Positions 38,789 through 46,832 of a DNA stretch of 64,000 nt are shown here, in pieces. A program made the position numbers and the translations under genes. Numbering within the stretch: position 1 is the first letter of the stretch; every line of letters starts with the position of its first letter. The notes below the pieces were generated by a model. It saw only the letters and a program-made list of their open reading frames with translations, was not told the DNA's origin and made no database searches. The stretch covers positions 62,001 through 126,000 of the IMG/VR virus record IMGVR_UViG_3300022744_000022; one strand, 5' to 3'.

Positions 38789-39772
38789 ATGGCGCTACCC
38801 CTCGAAAAACTCCTGGCAGTCAAAATCATCATCTCGCATCAGAACTGTGCTGATGGCACGGCGGCTGCGATGTTCCTGCACGACGTTCTCCCTGACGCCC
38901 AGATCCGGTTCTTGCAGTATGGGACCGAAGCGTATCGGACGTTGCAGGCGGAGCCCGGAATGCTCTTTCTGGACTTCTCGCCTTCCCCCGAGACATACCA
39001 GCAGTTCATCGCCCAGGGGGCGCTCATCCTGGACCACCACAAGGGTGCTCAAGCCATCGTAGAGGCGTTCGGGGAGTCCGGGGTATTCGGAGATGAGGTC
39101 AAGGACCCGGGGGTCTGCGGGGCCTTCCTGGCGTACCGTGAGGCCTGGTTTAGGCTCAAGCACACGGACGGCAAGCCCGGGCCCTCTCCGGAAGAAGCAG
39201 GGTTTGGCGGCCAGATTGCTCGTTTGGCTGGGATCCGGGATACCTGGCAGCGCCAGGACCCCACGTGGGACGAGGCTTGCGTGCTCGCTGAGGCGATGCG
39301 GTTTTACCCTGCCGAGTCCTGGCTGATTGACCGACCATTTGCCCCGGAGAATCGAGCTTGGTGGGACGCTCGCCTGGCTACCGGCCGTATCTTGGTTGAG
39401 CGCAACGTCAGGTCCGTGAAGAAGGCAGTTGATGGGGCGTACCGCTTCACGACTTCGCGAGGCACCCGTGTCTGCCTGTTTTCGGGGGTCCCATTGTCGA
39501 GCGACGCCGCCGAGTTGGTGGACCATGATGCGGACCTTGTGGTCGGGTTCGACTACTACGCGATGGAGCAGGGTGTGGCACCCTTGGTCTTCTCAACCCG
39601 CTCCCACACAACCTTCAACTGCCTGGAATTCTGCAAAGCGCACGGCGGGGGCGGCCACACCAAAGCGGCAGGCTTCTCGGTCAAGTTCGATCCGAAGGTG
39701 GGGGCACAGGATCCCTACTCGGTGTTCGAGGGCTTGTTGGAACGCTACGAAGCGTCGGTTCAACCGGGCTGA
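38789..39772 (+). CDS. DHH/DHHA1 phosphoesterase (oligoribonuclease NrnB-like)
   Basis: SHQNCADG, FLDFS, LDHH, STRS, GGGGHTKAAG. Confidence 0.85.
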   Translation: MALPLEKLLAVKIIISHQNCADGTAAAMFLHDVLPDAQIRFLQYGTEAYRTLQAEPGMLFLDFSPSPETYQQFIAQGALILDHHKGAQAIVEAFGESGVFGDEVKDPGVCGAFLAYREAWFRLKHTDGKPGPSPEEAGFGGQIARLAGIRDTWQRQDPTWDEACVLAEAMRFYPAESWLIDRPFAPENRAWWDARLATGRILVERNVRSVKKAVDGAYRFTTSRGTRVCLFSGVPLSSDAAELVDHDADLVVGFDYYAMEQGVAPLVFSTRSHTTFNCLEFCKAHGGGGHTKAAGFSVKFDPKVGAQDPYSVFEGLLERYEASVQPG

Positions 39773-39830
39773 TAATTCATGCGTGACGGGGGTTTAACGA
39801 ACCGCTCACTCTGAGCGCCGTGGAGCCCCT

Positions 39831-40796
39831 TTGGACCAAGCCCTGCACTCTGAGCGTGTAGCTCACCGCTTCCTGATCGCCTCGTTCAAGCCGGGCGACT
39901 ACATCTTGTTCGGCAAGTTCCGGAACAAGCGTGGGCGCGTGGTCCGCATCTTCAACGATGAGCGGGACATCCCGTACATCGAGATTCAGCCGGTGCCCAA
40001 GGGCCGCAAGAAGAACAGGATTTTTGGGCTCTACACGATCCGCCAGATGACCCCTGAGGCCATCCAGGAAGCGCAGCAGTTGGAGGCGGCGGAACGGGCT
40101 CTCGTCCACAAGGTGGCGGCCCGTTACCTGGAAGCCACTCAGATGCCGCCTGGGTGGGTTGAGCACAAAGGGTCTGCGGGGCGTTCCTTTTGGATCAGCC
40201 CCGACGGTAAGGCGGAGATCAGCGACACGGGTCGTAAAGGCAGCCCGCAGCGCTTCCAGGTCTTCTTTCTTCAGGACGGGAAACGGCACGAGGACATCGG
40301 CTGGCCGTCCCTCAAGAAGGCGCTCCAGTACCTGAGTGGCGAAGTGGGGTTGAGTGCCCACCCAATGGCCAAGCGGGAGGGCGGCAACCTGGAGAACTTC
40401 CTGGACGGCTTCGCACGACGGCACTCTAGGCTTGGGCGGCTTCTCCCTAAGGTCGTGGAGAAAGCTCAAGGATCCAGCTCGGGGCACGGAGAAGCTCGCC
40501 AACACGGTAACGAGATCTGGCTGTTCCCGAAGTTCTGGGACCTCGATCTCAAGACCCAAGATTTCGTACTGGCTCACGAGATCGGGCACTATGCGTTGAG
40601 TCGGAAACCCGGCACCTGGTTGATGGACCTCGGGAAAGAGCTGGGCGTTGACGTGTGGGACACGGGCAGCCTACCCTTCGGACAGTTCAATCAAGACGAG
40701 GCGTTCGCGGATTCCTTTGCTAGTTACTTCTTAGAGCCGGGTGAACTGCGGAGACGCTACCCTGCTTGGGTTACTTTCGTTGAGGCCGTCCTGTGA
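39831..40796 (+). CDS. multi-module protein: KOW-like, unknown and zincin HExxH modules, two RVAxRF-type tags
   Basis: RVAHRFLIA, FKPGDYILFGKFRNKRGRV, KVAARYLEA, LAHEIGH...EAFADSFA. Confidence 0.7.
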   Translation: MDQALHSERVAHRFLIASFKPGDYILFGKFRNKRGRVVRIFNDERDIPYIEIQPVPKGRKKNRIFGLYTIRQMTPEAIQEAQQLEAAERALVHKVAARYLEATQMPPGWVEHKGSAGRSFWISPDGKAEISDTGRKGSPQRFQVFFLQDGKRHEDIGWPSLKKALQYLSGEVGLSAHPMAKREGGNLENFLDGFARRHSRLGRLLPKVVEKAQGSSSGHGEARQHGNEIWLFPKFWDLDLKTQDFVLAHEIGHYALSRKPGTWLMDLGKELGVDVWDTGSLPFGQFNQDEAFADSFASYFLEPGELRRRYPAWVTFVEAVL

Positions 40797-43700
40797 ACAC
40801 CATGCAAACACGATTGGTCGAACGCTTCACACGGGTAGGGGCCTACTCCGAGGACACCCTAGAGATTGTTGCGGCCGGTCTTGCTCTACTGATCGCGCAG
40901 AACTACATCGTCACCAACCCCTTCTTCGATGAGAAGGAGATCCGAAACTACCTGCTGTTGCGCAAGCAGTTTCACGGGGACTTCGTTCAAGCGTGCCTGG
41001 ACTTGGCAGACGCCTTTGAAGAGGGGCAGTTCGGTCAGGCGGTTCTACCCGCTGTCCCAGCCTTGCGGGCCATCGGGCATCTCGGGGTCAAGCAGGATCA
41101 GCAAGCAATCCGCCAACTCGCAAGAGCGTTCCGAGGGCTCAAGCACCTCAAGTACCGGGATGTCGAAAACCCGAAGCTCATGCGTCTCATCATGATGGCG
41201 CGTAAACTTGATGTCACCACCGGGGCAGATGGTAGGGACATCAAGGACTTCTTGGAGAATCTTGTTAAGATCCAGGCGGTGCCGACAAGACTCCGGACCC
41301 TTCTTCGCAAAGTCATCAAGTTGCCCGTCCCGGGCAGGACGCTCACCGAGAATGCCGATCCAGGCGCTTGGTTCGAGATGCCCGAGGACAAGAAACAAAG
41401 CCTTCGCGAGCTGACCGAGAAGGTTGAGCAAGAGCAGCTTGGGATCTGGGAGAAGTACAAAGACGCCAGTGACGATGAGCGGATGGCGGCTTACCAGAGT
41501 GCTGCCCGTCGCCTACAGAAGATTCAGAGCATCGCAGGCGTGAACCTGGGTGTTATCAAGCGTGACGATGAGGTCCCGCTTGACACGCTTTTGAAGAAGG
41601 AAACGCGACTCGAATCCGACGGACCGACGGAGTACACACGACTCAAAATTGAGGACTACCTCAAAAAGACAGGGGCGTACCGCTTCCAGCGCAAGGAAGG
41701 TGATCCGCTACCTCGTGAGGTCAGCAAGCTGCTCACATTGTTGCGCAAGGCCAAGACCTTCTCGACAATGCAGCGCGTGATCAAGGATGCTGTGGATCGT
41801 CAGGTGTTGGGCAGGGCGTCCACCGAAGATGTCGATCACATCATCACGCAAGCGAACAAGAACCGGGCGTTGAAAGAGGGGAAACCTCTCACGCCTCTAC
41901 AGTTCGAGCCTAAGAGCGTAGAGCAGTTTCAGGTGGACCACGATACGGGCCCCGTGGCGTTCGACCCTGAGTACACGGATGACGAAAAGAAGCAGTTGCT
42001 GGGTCGTGTCTCCCGTGCTTTGAGTGATCTAGAGAGTGTCTACGGAAAAGGCTTCTGTGGTAAGCATGCCAAGAAGCTCGCGTTCCGTTTCAACAAGGGG
42101 TACAGCGGGACCGCTTCCGCTCACTACTTCGTTTGGGATGACCGTCGGACGTGGCAACCCAGGGTAACGTTTGGTCCGGAGTTCGAGGGCCTCTTGGCTC
42201 ACGAACTCTCGCACTACCTGGAAGACTTGCTGGCGTACCAGATTCAGAAGCAGGACGAACCAGAGCGCATCGAGGCCCTCCTGGGTAAAGGGATCGAGGG
42301 AGGACCAGGCGTCCTGTTCTCCAACACGGGGGTGTCCCTGAGGCTCTTCGCTGAGGGTGGTGCCCTGGAGAGTTACCGAGGACACCTAAGTAAGTCGGTC
42401 CCGGAGTTCGTTGAGTTCATCGACGCCGTGCTTGCAACCCCGGACTACAAGCGCTGGGAGGACAAGCTTGGATCAGCGTACGACACCGCACTGCCCATGG
42501 CCATCAAGGCGCTGACAGGGATGAGCTACTACGACTTGCCCAAAGAGCACCCGTACTACGGTTTGATCGACAAGGCGCAATACCGCTCGGACCTGCCCCC
42601 GGAAGTGAACGACGAGACTCAGAAGCAGTTCAAGAACCTGATGGATGGGGATGGGCGCAAGCTCAACTACTACAACAGCTCCACCGAGGTCTGGGCCCGG
42701 ATGTGCGAGCAGTACGTGTACAACCGGCTGATCGATGCGGGGATCTCGAACCCCTGGCTCACACAGATGAACTACGAGGAAGATGTCTTCATGAACGAGA
42801 AGACCTTCGATACGCAGTTACGTCCGATTATGGACAAGATCTTCGCCAAGCTGAAAGGCCGCAAACTCATTGCCAGTGTGCCCATGAGCCCCTTGCGTGA
42901 ACGTCTGGCAGACCGCTTCTTGCTCATCAATCGGGTAGCTGCTCGTTACAAAGAGAAGAAGCAGGTAAAGTCGGAGGACGGCGGCAAGACTACCGTCTAC
43001 GTCTACTCTGAGCGGCAGATCGCCAATCGGAACAAGGCGAAGGCTGAGCGAGTCCAAAAGCTCAGCGGCGCTATCAAGAAGCTGAGGGCCAAGGTCAAGA
43101 AGGACTTGGGGTCCAAGGATCCTGAGACGGCTCGTACAGCACTCGCGGTGGCCCTCATGGATCATACCTATGAGCGAGTTGGCAACGAGAGTTCTGCCAA
43201 GGACGGGCACTTCGGGGTCACGGGGTGGCAGCGTAAGCACGTGAGCTTCGGCAAGGACGGGGCGTTCATCAAGTACGTGGGCAAGTCCGGGGTCAAGCAC
43301 GAGAAGAAGGTCACGGACTCGGCGATCCGTAGTGCGTTGAAGGCTGCTTACGACTCCCTGGAAGGTGATGACACGGGCGTTCTGGAGTGGGACGGGGGCA
43401 AGGTCACGGCCGAGAAGGTGAACCAGTACCTGGAGCCCTTTGACGTTACGGCCAAGGACATCCGTGGCTTCCACGCCAACGACCAGATGCGGGTCAACCT
43501 CAAGAGCGTGCGCTCGAAGGGCGGCTCGCTTCCTGAGGACAAGAAGAAGCGTGAGGACAAGCTCAAGAAGGAGTTCGCGGAAGCTCTTGAAGCGACCGCA
43601 GAGTGCGTGGGGCACGAGGCCGCTACACTCAAGAATCAGTACCTTGTCCCCGGCCTAGAGGACTCGTTTCTCAAGGATGGGACGGTCATCGACAAGCTCG

Positions 43701-43906
43701 GGAGCCAACACGAAGACGAGATCCCCGGCGGCTTGGCGGACAAGAAAAAGCCAAGCGACTTTGACCCCAAGCAACTCGCCAAGGGAATCAAGGTCGAGCT
43801 GGAGCACACCGATGATCGAAATCTCGCGCAAGAGATCTCGATGGATCACTTGACCGAAGATCCGGATTACTACAGCAAGCTTGAGAAGATGGAGTCGGAA
43901 AAATGA
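40793..43906 (+). CDS. large polyvalent protein: HExxH/LPD1-like, type IB DNA topoisomerase and DUF5661-like domains
   Basis: HELSH; STEVWARMCEQYV; RVGNE, YVGKSG, TAKDIR, VGH...NQY; GIKVELEHT...DHLTEDPDYYSKL. Confidence 0.85.
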   Translation: MNTMQTRLVERFTRVGAYSEDTLEIVAAGLALLIAQNYIVTNPFFDEKEIRNYLLLRKQFHGDFVQACLDLADAFEEGQFGQAVLPAVPALRAIGHLGVKQDQQAIRQLARAFRGLKHLKYRDVENPKLMRLIMMARKLDVTTGADGRDIKDFLENLVKIQAVPTRLRTLLRKVIKLPVPGRTLTENADPGAWFEMPEDKKQSLRELTEKVEQEQLGIWEKYKDASDDERMAAYQSAARRLQKIQSIAGVNLGVIKRDDEVPLDTLLKKETRLESDGPTEYTRLKIEDYLKKTGAYRFQRKEGDPLPREVSKLLTLLRKAKTFSTMQRVIKDAVDRQVLGRASTEDVDHIITQANKNRALKEGKPLTPLQFEPKSVEQFQVDHDTGPVAFDPEYTDDEKKQLLGRVSRALSDLESVYGKGFCGKHAKKLAFRFNKGYSGTASAHYFVWDDRRTWQPRVTFGPEFEGLLAHELSHYLEDLLAYQIQKQDEPERIEALLGKGIEGGPGVLFSNTGVSLRLFAEGGALESYRGHLSKSVPEFVEFIDAVLATPDYKRWEDKLGSAYDTALPMAIKALTGMSYYDLPKEHPYYGLIDKAQYRSDLPPEVNDETQKQFKNLMDGDGRKLNYYNSSTEVWARMCEQYVYNRLIDAGISNPWLTQMNYEEDVFMNEKTFDTQLRPIMDKIFAKLKGRKLIASVPMSPLRERLADRFLLINRVAARYKEKKQVKSEDGGKTTVYVYSERQIANRNKAKAERVQKLSGAIKKLRAKVKKDLGSKDPETARTALAVALMDHTYERVGNESSAKDGHFGVTGWQRKHVSFGKDGAFIKYVGKSGVKHEKKVTDSAIRSALKAAYDSLEGDDTGVLEWDGGKVTAEKVNQYLEPFDVTAKDIRGFHANDQMRVNLKSVRSKGGSLPEDKKKREDKLKKEFAEALEATAECVGHEAATLKNQYLVPGLEDSFLKDGTVIDKLGSQHEDEIPGGLADKKKPSDFDPKQLAKGIKVELEHTDDRNLAQEISMDHLTEDPDYYSKLEKMESEK

Positions 43907-44160
43907 GCTACGATCGTCGCACAGCCAGCTTATTCGATCAGAAGCTGGCTCGCGCTGTCTCTAGGGCTAAAGCTCATTGGGGGTCGGGCTGGGCGAACCT
44001 CACACCCAACATGCAAAACGCTTATGTTTGTCAAGGCGTGGTTGCGGAGCTTGGTTCCATGGATTGGGATCACCTGGACTCCGCTGATCCTGAGGTCCAG
44101 AAGGTCGTAGATCGGCTGAAAGCAATTTCTGAGTTGTGTTTGGATGCGACTCGAAGTTGA
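43903..44160 (+). CDS. hypothetical protein with N-terminal YDRRTA motif
   Basis: MSYDRRTASLF... Confidence 0.6.
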   Translation: MSYDRRTASLFDQKLARAVSRAKAHWGSGWANLTPNMQNAYVCQGVVAELGSMDWDHLDSADPEVQKVVDRLKAISELCLDATRS

Positions 44161-44165
44161 GGCGA

Positions 44166-44483
44166 TCAAACTTCATCGCACTTGACGGGACAGCTCGGGC
44201 CTCGCGGTGAAGATCCGCAAGTAGGACACGGGGACGTGGGCTTGACGTAATCAGGGATCGTGTGGACTGGGGCGGTGGCTTCGACCCACACGACTCGGGT
44301 CCTGTTGTCGTGCCCGTGGATCGCCACCACGTCATCGATGGTGGCGTACATACCCATGGAGGAACGCTTGGCGAGCCAGTGAATCACGCATTCACGGTTC
44401 GTGAACTCCACTCCTTCGGCTACGACACCTGTACCACTGACACCCGAGGAATCTTCGTCACGATGAAGCTGAAAGAGGCGCAT
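44166..44483 (-). CDS. conserved phage hypothetical protein
   Basis: FQLHRDEDSSGVSGTGVVAEGVEF...IHGHD; GGAG SD. Confidence 0.7.
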   Translation of the reverse strand: MRLFQLHRDEDSSGVSGTGVVAEGVEFTNRECVIHWLAKRSSMGMYATIDDVVAIHGHDNRTRVVWVEATAPVHTIPDYVKPTSPCPTCGSSPRGPSCPVKCDEV

Positions 44484-44488
44484 TGGAT

Positions 44489-45448
44489 TTACTCCTGGAT
44501 ACGGGTCGAACCGCACCCGCACACAATCTCAGCGGAACTATAGAAGGCTCCGCAATCGGCACATTCAAGTGGGAACATGTCCGGCATATAGGTGTGGACC
44601 GGGACATCGATCTTTAGGTGCTTGGGTTGCCCAACTATGACTAGCTCGTTGACCTTACCCCGCTTGTCGCCCTTCGAGTTGACGTTCCGCTTAGCGCCCA
44701 CGGTGTGCAGATCGAAGCCCTCGTACAGCTCATGAACCAAGGGGGCGTCCGAGTTGGACTGCACGCACATGACACCGCGATCCACAAGTTTGCGAAACAG
44801 CTCGGCAAGTTCCCGTTGTTCCTCGGGCCCGAACTGCCCTGCGTAGGCTGTAAAGCTGGCGGTTTCTGAGACAGGGACGTAGGGCGGATCGAAGTACACG
44901 AGGTCGCCCGCTTGGGCGTCGTGGACCGCCTCAGCAAAGCCGCCGACCCGTAGGGTAGCGAAGCGTTGAAGGGTTTCTTGACACGCCTCGATGTTGTGGC
45001 GGTCATAGAGGCTGGGGTTGTCGTACTTGCCGTAGGGGGCGTTGAACTTCCCCGAGCGGTTGACCCGGTAGAGGCCATTGAAGCAGGTGCGGTTCAGGTA
45101 GAGGGTGCGGGCCGCCTTCTCAACAGGCCCCTCGTGCTCCGCCGCTCGAACGCGCTTGAATTGGGCTTCCGTGTTCCAGTCCTCGTCTAGTTTGTATTGG
45201 TCCAGACGGCGCAGTAGCTCGGGAAGTTGATCGCGGACCACCTGGTAGCAGTTGATCAGCTCGGGGTTGAAATCGTTAAGGACGGCTTGGCGGAAACGCC
45301 GCCGGTCAGCGAAGTAGAAGAACGTGGCTCCGCCGCCGATGAAGGGCTCGTAGTACGTCAAGCTCTTGTGGGTGATGAGTCGGGATAGGACGCGGAGCAA
45401 CTGGCTCTTGCCTCCGACCCACTTGAGAAACGGCGCTGTCCTTGTCAC
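44489..45448 (-). CDS. dam: Dam-family DNA adenine methyltransferase with C-terminal Cys tail
   Basis: KWVGGK, EPFIGGGA, FNGLYRVN, DPPY. Confidence 0.92.
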   Translation of the reverse strand: MTRTAPFLKWVGGKSQLLRVLSRLITHKSLTYYEPFIGGGATFFYFADRRRFRQAVLNDFNPELINCYQVVRDQLPELLRRLDQYKLDEDWNTEAQFKRVRAAEHEGPVEKAARTLYLNRTCFNGLYRVNRSGKFNAPYGKYDNPSLYDRHNIEACQETLQRFATLRVGGFAEAVHDAQAGDLVYFDPPYVPVSETASFTAYAGQFGPEEQRELAELFRKLVDRGVMCVQSNSDAPLVHELYEGFDLHTVGAKRNVNSKGDKRGKVNELVIVGQPKHLKIDVPVHTYMPDMFPLECADCGAFYSSAEIVCGCGSTRIQE

Positions 45449-45822
45449 TCGTCCTCAGCATCGGCCAACGTCTCGGCCTCAGCGGTCACTGCTTGGATGA
45501 AGTCTTGGAAGAAAGCCTGCCAGGCACGTACCGTAGGGATTTCCCCACGCTCTTTAGCCCAGGCTTCGTAGGCAGTGATGACCTCGGGACCCACCGCTTG
45601 AAAGAACAAGGCACGCAAAGGGTTGTCGGAAGCAAGGGACCGTTTCAGGACAGTTTGGGCAGCCTCAAGGAACAACGCGGTAGACTCGCCACCGACTTCG
45701 CAACCCTTCTCGAAGGCATCCTTCGCGAGAGCCAACAGGGCCTCTTGGGCCTGTGCCGGGGGGATGTGGGCTCCCACCATGAGCTGGTACGCGGGATCGA
45801 AAGCAGGTAGGTCGGTGGTCAT
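45445..45822 (-). CDS. hypothetical protein
   Basis: Overlaps both neighbours by 4 nt. Confidence 0.6.
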   Translation of the reverse strand: MTTDLPAFDPAYQLMVGAHIPPAQAQEALLALAKDAFEKGCEVGGESTALFLEAAQTVLKRSLASDNPLRALFFQAVGPEVITAYEAWAKERGEIPTVRAWQAFFQDFIQAVTAEAETLADAEDE

Positions 45823-46490
45823 GAATCGATGGCCTCGAAAAGGGCGAATAGGTCTTGCGGGGCTGCGTCCCTGGGCTTCATGTCGGACATCGGGGAATAG
45901 CTCAGGCGATGCACGGGGGATACACCGAGCCGGTCCAAGGCTTCCCGGTGTTTGGGTGTGCCGTACCCCGAGTTCTTGGTGAGCCCGTAACCCGGGTGCA
46001 GGCGGTCCAGCTCCGCCATGATGCGGTCGTGGAACACCTTGCCGATGACCGAGGCAGCGGAAACCGCCGGAATCAGAGCATCGGCTTTGGGTAACGCCAC
46101 GGCCCCCTGGACGCCCCGGCTGCCGTCGATGATGACCAAGGGTGTCTGCGTGTGCCCTTTGGCCCGGTGAGCACCCAAGGCCCCCTGAATGGCCCTGGAG
46201 TGAGCCTCAAGCAATACCTCACCAACGCCCCGTCGGTCGATCTCGTCCGGGTCCACCCGGATGATGCAGTGCGAGAGCACCGTCAGGCTCTCGTAGAGCC
46301 GCTCCCGAACCGCTCCCGTGAGCTTCTTGGAATCCTGGACCCTGGGATCCGACCACCCTCTTGGCGCTACAGCAGCACAGACGATCAACGGCCCGGCCCA
46401 GCTCCCGTACCCGCACTCATCCGAACCACATACGAAGTCGTATGTGGGCAGATCTCGGGCCAACGCAGGGGGAATTTCACCGGAGGCCAT
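45819..46490 (-). CDS. rnhB: ribonuclease HII
   Basis: GSDECGYGSWAGP, DSKKL, IIDG, KAD...AASV.GKV..D, GYGT..H. Confidence 0.9.
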   Translation of the reverse strand: MASGEIPPALARDLPTYDFVCGSDECGYGSWAGPLIVCAAVAPRGWSDPRVQDSKKLTGAVRERLYESLTVLSHCIIRVDPDEIDRRGVGEVLLEAHSRAIQGALGAHRAKGHTQTPLVIIDGSRGVQGAVALPKADALIPAVSAASVIGKVFHDRIMAELDRLHPGYGLTKNSGYGTPKHREALDRLGVSPVHRLSYSPMSDMKPRDAAPQDLFALFEAIDS

Positions 46491-46806
46491 GGAGGATCCT
46501 TTCCGCTCGGTTGGGTTCTCGTTTGCGGAGTTCGGCCTCGACTCGGTTGTAGAACGCGGCTCGATTCAGCATTCGGTATCGCACGGTGGAAACCATGCCG
46601 CCGCCCATCCGGAGGGCACTGAACGTAATGGTCAGGAACGAAACCATGGCCAGCGTGCTCAGGCGTTCGACCTGGAGCTTGGCGAGGATCAGGTCCGCAT
46701 CGGGGGCGAGTTCCCCAAGCTCGGGGCTCATCCGTTCGTAGATGGCATCGACCAACGAGTCGTCGGACCCTTGCCACGTGTAGATCGTTTCGAGCCACGA
46801 CTCCAT
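46477..46806 (-). CDS. hypothetical protein
   Basis: GGTGTA (46822-46817) 10 nt before ATG. Confidence 0.6.
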   Translation of the reverse strand: MESWLETIYTWQGSDDSLVDAIYERMSPELGELAPDADLILAKLQVERLSTLAMVSFLTITFSALRMGGGMVSTVRYRMLNRAAFYNRVEAELRKREPNRAERILHGLR

Positions 46807-46832
46807 GTGGGGTGATTACACCACGCGGAGGA

